DNA of 61,998 nt, counting the filler, from Sanchytrium tribonematis (lineage: Eukaryota): the NCBI GenBank assembly GCA_018985235.1. It is 11 parts of 11 records of this genome, joined end to end, with 100 filler letters (N's around TTAATTAATTAA, not from the genome) between each part and the next. Parts side by side here need not be neighbours in the genome. Positions count along the whole stretch, not along the records: positions 38,811 to 42,609 come from JADGIG010000802.1; positions 42,710 to 46,503 come from JADGIG010000803.1; positions 46,604 to 50,395 come from JADGIG010000804.1; positions 50,496 to 54,278 come from JADGIG010000805.1; 7 more parts are not named here. One strand, written 5' to 3'. Positions 41,829 to 52,642 of this stretch are shown in pieces (the first letter of the stretch is position 1; each line of letters starts with the position of its first letter). Below the pieces are notes generated by a model. The model was not told the origin of the DNA, searched no databases, and worked only from the letters and a program-made list of their open reading frames with translations. A program made the position numbers and the translations under genes.

Positions 41829-42518
41829 TTACAAAAGACTAATGGCGCAAATGATTAATAATATTGACAACGTGGACGCAGAGCTATCATCTTTCTGCTC
41901 TTCGTCGTTCTTTTGTTCCGTTTCAGTTGTATTGTTAGTTTGGGTGTCATTTGTAAACTTTGCCATATTCATCATCATTGAGCCGACATTTTCACTTGTA
42001 TGCTTTGAAATTGTCTTTCCAACTTTGCCTCTAGCCCAAATCATTTCAAATTGGCCATTCCATGGAAATACCTTGTCCTCGCTATCACCAGTGTTAATTT
42101 TTCTTCTTACAACAACTACATGTCTTCCAGCACTACGTTCAGCGTTCATCATCAAGCTAAAATCTTGCTTTTTGTCTTTTTTAGGAAGCTGATACCCTTT
42201 TGAGTAATAATCTTCAACTAAAACCTTAGTTTCATTCTTTTTGTTTGCAATTTTAGAAATTACCAACATATCAGCGCCTTGCATTTTTTGACCACCCCAA
42301 CCAATTGCAACGTATTGATTCGGTAATAAAGTGAACTCCAATTTCATATCAAAGATTTTCAAATTATTAGAAGCAGCGGTAAAGACGCACAACTTAGAAT
42401 TCTCAGGGCACCATTTATCAGAGACATATAAGTCAGACGGTGGCGGCTTGTTAGGTGGAGCATCAATATTCTTATCTTTGATCTGCTTTGAAAATGTCAA
42501 TAGTGAAAAGAAAATCAT
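41829..42518 (-). CDS. Secreted or GPI-anchored single DOMON domain protein
   Basis: Signal peptide, YVAIGWG..KMQGADM, MIWARG..H, C-terminal SSA plus hydrophobic tail. Confidence 0.82.
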   Translation of the reverse strand: MIFFSLLTFSKQIKDKNIDAPPNKPPPSDLYVSDKWCPENSKLCVFTAASNNLKIFDMKLEFTLLPNQYVAIGWGGQKMQGADMLVISKIANKKNETKVLVEDYYSKGYQLPKKDKKQDFSLMMNAERSAGRHVVVVRRKINTGDSEDKVFPWNGQFEMIWARGKVGKTISKHTSENVGSMMMNMAKFTNDTQTNNTTETEQKNDEEQKDDSSASTLSILLIICAISLL

Positions 42519-42709
42519 TGTGTTTCGGTGTAGCCAACAATGAAAAAACCCTTGTGTATCATGTATTTACAACCATTGGACAAAACTCTCAGAAGGGGAT
42601 AAGGCACAANNNNNNNNNNNNNNNNNNNNNNNNNNNNNNNNNNNNNNNNNNNNTTAATTAATTAANNNNNNNNNNNNNNNNNNNNNNNNNNNNNNNNNNN
42701 NNNNNNNNN

Positions 42710-43347
42710 ACTTTGAGATAAAATCTGTTGGATCACACTTTTTACAAAGAGCAGGAATTGCGGTAGCTACATCACTATTAGGTAGTGACCCTGCATTTTT
42801 CAGAATGCACAAAAATTGGGTCCAACTTGATTTTAAACAACCATCAGGCTGACAATCAATCATTTGTTGTAAATTTCATCGATCTGGGCCGAGAGACATA
42901 AATGAAACGGCTACCCCACTCGGACTGCTCAAATAATAATTTGACGCGTACTTGTGACATGCATTACCACACTGGAATGCTCCAACAGTTTGATTGACAG
43001 CCTCAAAACAATTTTGACTATTTTCAAAGTGACACAAAAGATTTGAGTCAAAAATAGAAATCATTTTCGCATCGATTTCAGAAGAACAAGAAAACTGAAA
43101 TTTTGAATATTCAGACGAACATTGCTGGCATCTGCTGCTATACGCGCTTTTTGGATCCGCTTGATACTGCTTCGTCATGCATGATGTAAAGTATTATTTG
43201 CAGAAGTACATGGAGCCGATGGATCCAGTTCAATTGAAGAGCGTTGAAAAAGGTTGTTTGGAGACTGTAGAGCACCCAGAAATTGAGAAGAAACCAGCGT
43301 CCAAAACATTTTTAAGTGGCTTGTATTTTAAAAAAATAAAATAGCAT
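42710..43347 (-). pseudogene. Decayed Cys-rich secreted protein gene
   Basis: Hydrophobic start at ATG 43347, then several stops or shifts; ORFs 42876-43178 and 42654-42863 are one frame split by a single TGA. Confidence 0.5.
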
Positions 43348-43437
43348 CGTAGACATGTGCTAATTACATGCGTCTAAAGCTCACAAATATAATTTTATTT
43401 GATTTCTGAATAATTTTATTATTTTTTGGGGTGAAAC

Positions 43438-44133
43438 ATGCGACTTGATTTTGATGCATTTCAAAATTCAGAATATGAAGTCATTGGAAGTTTAAGACTC
43501 ACCAAATACTATGAAAGTAAATTCCAACAACCTATTCAATCCGTTACCCTTAATGAACAATCTGGATTTATTGAAATTGATGATGAAAAATATGAATTTA
43601 GTTTAGAAGAACAAACTGCATGTGAGATATATGATGATATGGGTAAATTAGTGGGACCTGTACCTTATAAAATCAATCTAAAACCGCCAACTACAGCTCA
43701 ATTAAAGAAACAGCGTGAGAAGAATCAATTAATTAGAAAACAAAGTAAAAAAGAAATTAAACAAGAACTACAAGTCGAACAAGTGAGTCAATCGAGTATT
43801 AGTCCATCCAAATCACCTGCTAAAACTATTAATGCGTCAAAATGGATGTACGATGTCAATTTAGAGTTAAAATCTCGCATTATTCATTTATTGGCTATTT
43901 CTAATTATTCATTTGGCGATTTAAAATTGATGACAAAAGCATCACAACCAGATATAGTGAAGCAATTAAAATTGATTGCATTTTCAAGAGGCTTAATTTA
44001 TGAATTAAAAAAAGATGCGTGGCATTTATTGGATAAGAAATGGCCTTATTCAGAAGCAGAAAGGGAATTAATCTTGAGTAGATTGATGAAATATAGTGTT
44101 TTAAAACCAATTTATGATTTATTTATTGAATAA
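43438..44133 (+). CDS. RNA polymerase II elongation factor ELL-like protein (short)
   Basis: RIIHLLAI and YELK..AW..LDKKWPYSEAER match the ELL middle domain. Confidence 0.7.
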   Translation: MRLDFDAFQNSEYEVIGSLRLTKYYESKFQQPIQSVTLNEQSGFIEIDDEKYEFSLEEQTACEIYDDMGKLVGPVPYKINLKPPTTAQLKKQREKNQLIRKQSKKEIKQELQVEQVSQSSISPSKSPAKTINASKWMYDVNLELKSRIIHLLAISNYSFGDLKLMTKASQPDIVKQLKLIAFSRGLIYELKKDAWHLLDKKWPYSEAERELILSRLMKYSVLKPIYDLFIE

Positions 44134-44468
44134 ATTTCAATCATTTTCATTTTATGATGAATATTTGCCAAATTTGTGATTTCTTCAAGGACATTTCGGA
44201 ATGAATTGACCATGTCTTTACCCATTGATGGTCCATACGGATGTAATGGTTTAAAATCATCATTAAATTCTAGTTTATATTCATCATCGAGTATCATTTT
44301 GGTATTTCCATTGCCAGGAAGGATATTTGGATTAGATTTACGATATTGTGCCATTAATAGAAACGATTTTGATAGATATTGCTTAATTCGTTGTTGCTGA
44401 TGCTCATATTCCATTAAATACTCGAAATATTGTCTCAAATCTTTTGGATTTTGATTTTCTCTAGTCAT
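44112..44468 (-). CDS. Vma22/CCDC115-like V-ATPase assembly factor
   Basis: LSKSFLLMAQYR ... PLHPYG ... F..VLEEITNLAN pattern. Confidence 0.55.
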   Translation of the reverse strand: MTRENQNPKDLRQYFEYLMEYEHQQQRIKQYLSKSFLLMAQYRKSNPNILPGNGNTKMILDDEYKLEFNDDFKPLHPYGPSMGKDMVNSFRNVLEEITNLANIHHKMKMIEIYSINKS

Positions 44469-44514
44469 TGAAACCTGGAGAATTTGCAAATCAAGTCATT
44501 TGGGAATAAATCAT

Positions 44515-44724
44515 TTATTTGTAATAAAAATAAAGAAAGAGAAACACGCCTACAATCGTCATCAATAATAATATCCCGATCACAACTACTTTCACAGTTG
44601 ATCTTGTTCTCTCTTGTTTTGTTTCCAATAATCTTCTGTTAATTGAATAAGTAGAATTGGTTTTACGCAATGGTCTTATATTACCATATTCTGCATCGAG
44701 ATATGAATTCTCTATATTGGTCAT
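44515..44724 (-). CDS. Small tail-anchored membrane protein
   Basis: About 69 aa with one C-terminal hydrophobic helix. Confidence 0.5.
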   Translation of the reverse strand: MTNIENSYLDAEYGNIRPLRKTNSTYSINRRLLETKQERTRSTVKVVVIGILLLMTIVGVFLFLYFYYK

Positions 44725-44820
44725 TTGTTTGAAGAGGGACCAAATGCATTTTTGGTGCTGCAAATGGCAATATGACACGTGCCGTGTTTAATTCGGCAGC
44801 ATTTGTTAATTTAGAGGGTT

Positions 44821-45627
44821 TTATTTAATATCCATCTCTGCATATATCAATTGATTCTCTTGTGTAGCCACGTCATGCAATACTGGCTGCTCATTTAATT
44901 TCAAAATGCAAGAAGATCCTGCAAATTTGGTTTTTCCTTTATAATGCGTTTCAATTCCACTTCTATTCGCTATTAAGCATACAGATTCACTCCCAATTAA
45001 AGGTCTCAATCGATCTACCCAATAATAAATCGTATCCATATTTTTATCATTTGACAAACTAGTTTGATCCGGATGCAACCAATTATTACTACAAATCACC
45101 ACATCAGATTCATGTGCTTTACATGCATTTGCGAATTCAAATGCCTCATACGGTGCTTTAAATGCTTTCGGATTCATATCCATGCAAATCCCAAATGAAC
45201 ATTTCAATTTTCTTCCATTTATATCCAATTCTGTACTATAAAATCCATTACCCTCATCACTCCATGATTCATCCAATTCATATAAATGTGATTTATGATG
45301 CATAAATTGCAATTCTCCATTTGGATTCACCAAAAACAATGAATTATAAAATTTGTGATTTTCATAATGTGGTGTCCCATATGCCAAATAACAATTTAAT
45401 GATTTCGCATGTTGTTTTGCCCATTGTAATGGTGATGGGTCATTGATATAGGGTTGTATTTCGGATTGATTTTCAAAAACATAACCTGTAAAACACATTT
45501 CTGGTAATACGAGAATATCTAATGGCTTCTTCAATTGAGATAGTAAGGTATTGCATGTATTGATATTGTGTTGGATTTGTTTGTGCTTTGGATTGAATTG
45601 TAAAATGGCAACTCGTAATTTCATCAT
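44821..45627 (-). CDS. NTA1: Protein N-terminal amidase Nta1 (nitrilase fold)
   Basis: LPEMCFTGY, KSHLY..DE.W, GICMDMNP..FKAP.EAFEFA, NRSG.E...FAGSS. Confidence 0.88.
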   Translation of the reverse strand: MMKLRVAILQFNPKHKQIQHNINTCNTLLSQLKKPLDILVLPEMCFTGYVFENQSEIQPYINDPSPLQWAKQHAKSLNCYLAYGTPHYENHKFYNSLFLVNPNGELQFMHHKSHLYELDESWSDEGNGFYSTELDINGRKLKCSFGICMDMNPKAFKAPYEAFEFANACKAHESDVVICSNNWLHPDQTSLSNDKNMDTIYYWVDRLRPLIGSESVCLIANRSGIETHYKGKTKFAGSSCILKLNEQPVLHDVATQENQLIYAEMDIK

Positions 45628-45883
45628 TTAGAGGGGGAAACTTTGAAAGAACTATTTTAGAGAACAGCAGAGACTAGGTGTTTGAATCAATAGATTAATA
45701 GCCATGGATCCATTAAAATTTGCAGGAGATGGCTGTACTACCATCTGATACCTCCCAACATCCAAATTAATTGATTTGAAAATAGGGACAAACATGATCA
45801 TTTGGATTTCTATTATGCTAGCTCATACTGTATCGAATGCCACTCTTCAAAATGATTATAATTTTGTCCAGAGATAAAACGAT

Positions 45884-46252
45884 TTGCTATGCGAATTGGC
45901 AAGAGACCTCGAGCATCCGGACCTTGTCGAACATTCTGTAGAATTTCCATTCAATTCAATTATTGGCTTTGAAGAGACGATTCGGAAACTAATAGACGCG
46001 GTTGATAGTAAGACTTTGATTGAGTACAATAATTTATTCAATAGTTATCTTGATAATATCTTGAGAATTGAAGAATTGACAAAATCATTACCCGATGCAG
46101 TAAGTGAATCACTTCGAACAGTACAGAATTTGGAACAGTACTATACACGCGCCCTAGAGAACATTCAAAACCGAAGAAAGAAGCGCATTGAATATTTCGA
46201 ACAAAAGAACCAATTAATCATGCCGTTCGTTAGAAGATCTCATCTCGAATAA
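45884..46252 (+). CDS. Hypothetical coiled-coil ORF with unresolved 5' end (possibly a pseudogene)
   Basis: Open frame without an ATG; upstream in-frame TAA at 45875 and no matching tiny intron found. Confidence 0.35.
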   Translation: MLCELARDLEHPDLVEHSVEFPFNSIIGFEETIRKLIDAVDSKTLIEYNNLFNSYLDNILRIEELTKSLPDAVSESLRTVQNLEQYYTRALENIQNRRKKRIEYFEQKNQLIMPFVRRSHLE

Positions 46253-46697
46253 ATCACCGTCAATTTATTACATGTCGAACAAATGGAGTATTGGCTTGCC
46301 ATATCCTCTATTATTGAAATCAATTTTTTGATGGAATCCTAAATGATCTATTTGTTTTGATTTTTGACGATGATTTTTATCCAATTTCTCATTATGGAGT
46401 ATTTGATCTTCAGAATGACGTCTTTTCATGTGTTTATGGTAATCGGATCTCCATTTAAATGCTTTTTGGCAAAAGAAGCAGAAACCTTGAGTGACTTCAA
46501 AATNNNNNNNNNNNNNNNNNNNNNNNNNNNNNNNNNNNNNNNNNNNNTTAATTAATTAANNNNNNNNNNNNNNNNNNNNNNNNNNNNNNNNNNNNNNNNN
46601 NNNCCATTTACTTTTCAAGTTCAAACGACGACAAGCAGCATTGAAGGACTTCATTGTTTGTAAAATCATTGTGCGACAAATTTCTCCCATTTTTGAA

Positions 46698-47474
46698 ATG
46701 CTTGTTAAATATCTAAGAGAATTGAAAAAAATCTCATCTTTGCATACGTACAATTTATCAGATATACTCGAGCGAAATCAAGATGGAGTGTATACTACCT
46801 GTAGAGTCTTTGGCCAAAAAATTTTTAAATTCAGTGAGCACATTGAAAGGTTAAAAAATGGATCTAAGTCATTGGGTCTTGACTTAAAAGATACTGAACT
46901 TGCAATACTAAGAGATATAATTAGAGATAACATTTCCATTTTCGATAGAATCACAATTATATTGAGTCATTCCGAAATAATAGCAAGTTTCAGTAATGTT
47001 ATTGCACCGCCAAAATCAATTGCTGTTAAGCTGATCGAAGGCCATCGAGATAATCCAAATGTGAAAAGCGTGGAGTGGGTTAATCAAAGAAAAGTCATGG
47101 AGTCACACCTAAGTGAAGAAATTAACGAAGTCATTTTAGTGACGAATGGAAATTGTTATGAAGGACTTTCCTCGAATTTCTTTGTCGGAATTAATCAAGG
47201 AATACAAACTGCTCCATTAGAAGTTGTATTACCTGGCACCGTGCAAAAGCTTGTATGCGAAAATTTTACAGTGGAATACCAATTCCCTCAATTAACACAA
47301 ATTTATCAATGGGACTTTGCCATGATATCTTCGACTTCAAGATTGGTTTTGCCAGTCCACAGAGTCTACTTTGAAGATTCTTCTTACATAGACTTTAATG
47401 TGAATACCGCAAAAATTAACAAAATTGTTGAAAAAGTTAATTCGTTAGTGAATCAAAATTGCGAATACCCTTAA
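46698..47474 (+). CDS. Class IV PLP aminotransferase-like protein (BCAT/ADC lyase fold)
   Basis: GVYTTCR, HIERL, EGLSSNFF, VLPGTVQ, ISSTSR. Confidence 0.85.
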   Translation: MLVKYLRELKKISSLHTYNLSDILERNQDGVYTTCRVFGQKIFKFSEHIERLKNGSKSLGLDLKDTELAILRDIIRDNISIFDRITIILSHSEIIASFSNVIAPPKSIAVKLIEGHRDNPNVKSVEWVNQRKVMESHLSEEINEVILVTNGNCYEGLSSNFFVGINQGIQTAPLEVVLPGTVQKLVCENFTVEYQFPQLTQIYQWDFAMISSTSRLVLPVHRVYFEDSSYIDFNVNTAKINKIVEKVNSLVNQNCEYP

Positions 47475-47597
47475 TTTTGAAATCATTTAATTCTTTGAAA
47501 AATAATAATTTCTGAAAATAAATTGAAAAGTATTGTGTAATCATCGCGGTGTGAAATGTTGAAAAATTCGTAGATTTCCCCTTCAAAAGTAGAACAA

Positions 47598-48114
47598 ATG
47601 TCATTTTCTTTTGCAAGATCTTTAATAAGAACAGAGACAAATAAGACTTCCACCGAAAGTGATATTAACGCACAAGCTAACTTTAATGCATCATGGGCAA
47701 ATGAAAAAGGTGTTTGGCTCACAAATTTGGTTTTGATAAGTAGCTTTAAGATCTTATTCGGCATAATTCCATATATATCAGTTGAGCTCTCTTGGACTTT
47801 AACAAATATATCATATAATTTTGTAATTTAATCTAATTTAGGCTACATACCTTCTATTTCATCAGTGGTATGGAACTCCATTTGAATTCAATCAGGGTGC
47901 ATGCGATGACCTTACTCTTTGGGAGCAAATGGACCATGGTGATCTGTTCACACCGTCCAAGAAATATTTTACAGCTGTACCGATCCTCTTATTTCTTCTG
48001 TCCACTCATTATACACATTATGATATTTCTATGTTTTGTATCAATATATTGGCACTTATATTAAATTTGCGACCGAAGATTCTCTCCGAGGATGACCCAA
48101 AGAAGACAAAATAA
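47598..48114 (+). CDS. ORM1: ORM1/ORMDL sphingolipid regulator, 2 exons
   Basis: NFNASW...KGVW, SWTLTN, GTPF, LTLWEQMD, VPILLFLLSTHY; 19-nt intron 47823-47841. Confidence 0.93.
47823..47841 (+). other. 19-nt spliceosomal intron (ORM1)
   Basis: GTAATTTAATCTAATTTAG; restores YNF|ATYLLFHQWYGTPF. Confidence 0.93.
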
Positions 48115-48116
48115 AT

Positions 48117-48443
48117 TTATTGTGTATCTGTGAGAGTTTTTAAGAGTGAGATCAATTCATCTTCCTCGCCTGCTTTAGCTTCGGAAAGATACTCTTCCAA
48201 ATCACCAAGAGTAACCTTAGGAGGTCTGGCCTTATTAGATAATTTACAAATGTGGGGTTGAACTATTCTATCAACAACATTAACTGGAAGCCGTTTTTCT
48301 AAATTATCATTTTGCACAATATGATTTACAACTTTCAAAATCCTTTGGGTCATGGTTTGGAAAAGTATAGGGTCGCTCATTTTCATTTCATACCAATTAA
48401 TTGACTGCACTGTCTGATGAAATTCCTCTAAATTTAATGTCAT
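48117..48443 (-). CDS. Small hypothetical protein
   Basis: ORF exactly fills the gap between ORM1 and RAD7; ATG 48443 (or 48467). Confidence 0.5.
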   Translation of the reverse strand: MTLNLEEFHQTVQSINWYEMKMSDPILFQTMTQRILKVVNHIVQNDNLEKRLPVNVVDRIVQPHICKLSNKARPPKVTLGDLEEYLSEAKAGEEDELISLLKTLTDTQ

Positions 48444-48458
48444 TACTCCTTGATTACA

Positions 48459-50168
48459 ATGTCCCACAGAAGAAGTACAAGAAATGGAAGCAACCAGATT
48501 CGGGGACCGACTTCAGCCCTAACTAGCTTTTTGAGAAGCAAGGGAATAGTTGCAAGAAACATTAATGCTTATGGTAGAGTTAATAGTCTATCGGAACCTG
48601 AAGTCAATGCCAGCAGTCTACACGAGCCTTTGGAGAATCAGAACATACCCGAGGAAGACACTGAAATTAATCAAGTGAGTGTTGTGGTACCTACTAAAAG
48701 AAAATCAGTGAAATCCAATTCGAGAAAAAAATTAAAGAAAGAAAAAAAAGAGGACGAAGAAATTCTATTTGATATTCCGGAGCGAGAGGTCCGGTATTCA
48801 AAGTGTTGCCTCAAATGCTTTATTGAAATTCCCAAATACTATGAAAGAAAGTCCATTAATTTGTGCAACAAATGCGCTGAGGATGTTAAAAACCTTGTTC
48901 GAAATCGATCTGCTACTAACGTTAACAAACTTAAATCTATATGGAAAATTCCAGACGAATTTTTAGTGCTCAAAGAAAAATCTGAGGAGTTCCCTTCGCT
49001 TATTGTTCGAGCCATCAAAGTTTTAATCGAAAATATCGACTCTGTGGAAGATGTGGGACTCATTCCAGATTCTGCTTTGAAAAAAGTTTTTAAACTTGTT
49101 TGCAGATATCGCAAGCTGGATTCCAGAGTATTGCGTATTTTATTGAACCCACTTAGCGAAGAAATATATTTACCTGATTGTAACCAATTGTCCGAGGCAG
49201 ACTTTCACTTTGTAATTAATAGCTGCGGAAATGCGGAAACAATAGAAATCAGCTTTGCCTCACAGCTCAGAAATGGTATTTCATTGTTTTCCAAGTCTAT
49301 GCCAAGTTTGACCCAATTGTCTATTCACGGAGCATATTTGGGGAGTGACGCTGAATGGGCAAGTCTTTTTAGAGGAATGAATTGTCTAACAAGTGTTAAA
49401 TTATATCATGCATCAAAATTTTCCAAATTGGCCTGTGAGAGTTTAGTAAAACTGAATAACGCCTCTAAAAAAGTAATAGAACTTGCATTAACTGATACCA
49501 ACCACTTGGATGGAGAATGCATCACCATTTTAAGTGCTCTTTCAACTTTAGAGACGTTAAATTTGTCAAATCCTTTCCACATGATTGAAACAGAAGCTTG
49601 GGTCGATTTGCTCAAGGCCGTTGGTCCAAATTTAAGAGAACTGGTTCTAAATTCCTGTTCAAGCATCAATGATGTAGTTTTGCTTCAGGGAATAAGTCCA
49701 TTTTGTGTATCTCTGAGTTACTTATCTTTGGAGAATGCTGATATCAGCGATGAATCCCTGCTGCAAACGTTTGATTCATTTCAAACTCATATTCCTAATC
49801 ACCAATTTCATTTTTTAAGTTTTCAAAATTGTCACAAACTAAGCCACATATCAATCGTTAGCATCTTAAGAGACTTTGGGTCATCATTAGAATATTTAAA
49901 TATCAATGGCATTCGTGATTTGTCATCAGATGTTTTTGTGGCAATAGCCTCTACTTGTGGGAATTTGAAGCATTTAGATACGTCTTGGTGTTGGAATTTC
50001 GATGAACTAGCATTTGATGCTATTAAAGAAAATTGTGACAATATAGAATTCATTAATTGTTTCGGATGCCCACAATTATCTTCAAACATTGCCAAGATCT
50101 ATCGTAATAAATGTGAGCAGCAAATCAGTCTAGTCGGTACCGAGTTTCAACACTTGATGGAAATTTAA
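48459..50168 (+). CDS. RAD7: Rad7-like LRR nucleotide excision repair protein
   Basis: IRGPTSALTSFL N-terminal motif, CxxC..CxxC, RNI-like LRRs ending FGC. Confidence 0.85.
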   Translation: MSHRRSTRNGSNQIRGPTSALTSFLRSKGIVARNINAYGRVNSLSEPEVNASSLHEPLENQNIPEEDTEINQVSVVVPTKRKSVKSNSRKKLKKEKKEDEEILFDIPEREVRYSKCCLKCFIEIPKYYERKSINLCNKCAEDVKNLVRNRSATNVNKLKSIWKIPDEFLVLKEKSEEFPSLIVRAIKVLIENIDSVEDVGLIPDSALKKVFKLVCRYRKLDSRVLRILLNPLSEEIYLPDCNQLSEADFHFVINSCGNAETIEISFASQLRNGISLFSKSMPSLTQLSIHGAYLGSDAEWASLFRGMNCLTSVKLYHASKFSKLACESLVKLNNASKKVIELALTDTNHLDGECITILSALSTLETLNLSNPFHMIETEAWVDLLKAVGPNLRELVLNSCSSINDVVLLQGISPFCVSLSYLSLENADISDESLLQTFDSFQTHIPNHQFHFLSFQNCHKLSHISIVSILRDFGSSLEYLNINGIRDLSSDVFVAIASTCGNLKHLDTSWCWNFDELAFDAIKENCDNIEFINCFGCPQLSSNIAKIYRNKCEQQISLVGTEFQHLMEI

Positions 50169-50495
50169 TAAAGTATGATCCTTATAGATTGCTTGACCTA
50201 TTATTCGTCCAGCCTCGTTTATATTTGAAAATTTCTAAATTTTCAAGATACACATGGTTAATTGTATTTGAGCAACTATCAAGATTAAGAGAGCACAATT
50301 TCGAACGAATTTTCTCAACTAATTGGCCATTGTCATCACAAATTTGCTTACTTCCTGATTTTCTACCTAAGGCTAATTTCTCCTTAAAAATGAAGNNNNN
50401 NNNNNNNNNNNNNNNNNNNNNNNNNNNNNNNNNNNNNNNTTAATTAATTAANNNNNNNNNNNNNNNNNNNNNNNNNNNNNNNNNNNNNNNNNNNN

Positions 50496-50909
50496 GTCCC
50501 CACCAAACACCAATCTTCTGAATATGTGGATATTTCCATCATTTCCAAATTACAAGCACTTTCCAAAATCCCACTCTTTCAACAATTGATGAAAGCAGAA
50601 TCACAAAATGGAAAACATCATCATAAAGTGAATGATGTTGAGAAACATGGCAAATATGTTGGAAAACATAAACACAAAGATGGTAAAAAGCATAAAAACA
50701 AAAAAGGTGGTCATAAAAAGCATCACAAAAAAGACGACAAGGACGACAAACATCACGGTAAACACGGCAAAGGAAAGAAGGACGACAAACATGATGATAA
50801 ACATGGCAAAGAAAAGAAAGATGAAAAGCATCATCACAAAACTGAAAAACCAAAAACATCCCCAAGTCATGGCCAGCACCATGAGGGCAAACAATCGTAT
50901 GACAAATAA
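50496..50909 (+). CDS. Protein with His/Lys/Asp-rich low-complexity tail, 5'-truncated
   Basis: KKHHKKDDKDDKHHGK-type repeats; begins at a contig edge. Confidence 0.6.
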   Translation, partial: VPTKHQSSEYVDISIISKLQALSKIPLFQQLMKAESQNGKHHHKVNDVEKHGKYVGKHKHKDGKKHKNKKGGHKKHHKKDDKDDKHHGKHGKGKKDDKHDDKHGKEKKDEKHHHKTEKPKTSPSHGQHHEGKQSYDK

Positions 50910-50921
50910 ATGATTTTTATT

Positions 50922-51797
50922 TCATTCCAATTCATAATTAATGTGTAATATAAATTTTATTCCCTTTTTAATAAAAAAAGTAGCATCCTTGAGAGCCTGA
51001 CCACAATCAATCCAGTGCAATTTTTTGCAAATTGAATCTATCAAATGATTGATTTCAGGTGAACTTTTTCCCTTGTTGTCGCTAAATGCAAATTTATACT
51101 GAACAAGTTGGAGAAACATTATTTTTGACTGTTCATAATTGAAATCATCTACATTATATTGATCATTTGCAAGATTAAAAATCAATTTCGTGTCATTTTG
51201 GTGTGTTAATTTCAACAAATTACCTTCGATATTGAAATGACTTTTAAAAGTAGCTTTCAAAACTTTAAACTTGAGAGAGTATTTTGAATAGCAGTACTTT
51301 TCTTGAGATGCACGAATAAATTGAATACTTGTCAATAAATCAATTAATTTGTTTAATTCAAGTTGAATATCCCAAACATTTGAATTCCAAAAATTGAGTT
51401 TCATAATATGTGATGCTGCTATTAGATACAAAATATTCGTTGGAATTGCATCATAATGATTGTCAACCATAAATTGTAATCGATGATAGATTGCAGTAAT
51501 TACCAAATGCATATTTGTGCAAATTATCATCTCATTTGATTTCACAAGATGCAATTTATGGTAAAATGCATTTAAATCATCCAGAAAGTGCTCCTCCACA
51601 ATAGATTCTTGCAATACCCCATTTTCAGTTGGTTTATATTGTTTAATCATTTCATTTGCAATGCAATTTGGATGATAAAATGAATATTTGTCTTCAATTG
51701 CATTTGAATTTTGGCAATTAAGTTGCTCTTCTATTATTTCTTTACCACACAATGTACAAATGGCATTTAAAATTGTCAAAAATACAAAAATGTGCAT
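50922..51797 (-). CDS. Hypothetical secreted protein with a degenerate RING-like N-terminus
   Basis: MHIFVFLTILNA signal followed by CTLC..C..YHPNC. Confidence 0.55.
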   Translation of the reverse strand: MHIFVFLTILNAICTLCGKEIIEEQLNCQNSNAIEDKYSFYHPNCIANEMIKQYKPTENGVLQESIVEEHFLDDLNAFYHKLHLVKSNEMIICTNMHLVITAIYHRLQFMVDNHYDAIPTNILYLIAASHIMKLNFWNSNVWDIQLELNKLIDLLTSIQFIRASQEKYCYSKYSLKFKVLKATFKSHFNIEGNLLKLTHQNDTKLIFNLANDQYNVDDFNYEQSKIMFLQLVQYKFAFSDNKGKSSPEINHLIDSICKKLHWIDCGQALKDATFFIKKGIKFILHINYELE

Positions 51798-51992
51798 CTA
51801 CCCCTTGTGGTCGTACATCATTTATTTGTACACTTTGAGCAAGTCGCACAATGAAATACACATCATTTATTCCAATTTTAATCATCTTTTATGCCATTTA
51901 CAATCTATAAATGGTCTATAATCCAATGCGTCACAACATGCTTCATCTATTTTTAAATCCACTATAAATCAATCTCTTCCCATTTTCAATCA

Positions 51993-52625
51993 ATGCACGG
52001 TACTCAAACAGGATATGGACAACAAAAACCAACTATGAAAGAGAAGATTGAAATGAAAGCAGAGCAAGTTAAAGAGAAATTGGGAATGAGTCATCCTCAA
52101 CCAAATACATATGGATCTGCACAGCAACAAACCCATCAACCTGGTCAAACACACAAGACTGGTCATCAAACACACCAGACTGGTCAAATGCATCAAGGTG
52201 CTCAATATGGACAACAGGGTCAAATGGCTCAAGGTGCACATTCAAAACCATCTGCAGCTCAAAAAGTACAAGAGAAATTGGGAATGGGACACCATAATCA
52301 ACAACAGGGACATCCAAATGATCAAATTTACAATCAACAAGGTCATCAAACTGGTCAACAGCCAGGACAACAAGGATATGTTCAAAATGATCAATACAAT
52401 CAAACTTATGGACAATCTGGACAACAGGGTCAACATATGGGACAACCTGGTCAACAGGGATATAGTCATCAAGATCAATATGGAAATCAATCCATGGGTC
52501 AAAAAGTAGAAGAGAAATTGGGAATGGCACCAAATCAAGGTACATCGCAATATCAAGGAAATCAAGGAATGGGATCAGGAATGGCACCAAATAGTAATCA
52601 AGTACCACCAGGACCACGTTATTAA
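51993..52625 (+). CDS. Gln/Gly/His-rich hydrophilin with three dehydrin K-segment-like motifs
   Basis: EQVKEKLGM, QKVQEKLGM, QKVEEKLGM; no Cys or Trp. Confidence 0.75.
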   Translation: MHGTQTGYGQQKPTMKEKIEMKAEQVKEKLGMSHPQPNTYGSAQQQTHQPGQTHKTGHQTHQTGQMHQGAQYGQQGQMAQGAHSKPSAAQKVQEKLGMGHHNQQQGHPNDQIYNQQGHQTGQQPGQQGYVQNDQYNQTYGQSGQQGQHMGQPGQQGYSHQDQYGNQSMGQKVEEKLGMAPNQGTSQYQGNQGMGSGMAPNSNQVPPGPRY

Positions 52626-52642
52626 GTAAATTATTTGATTTA

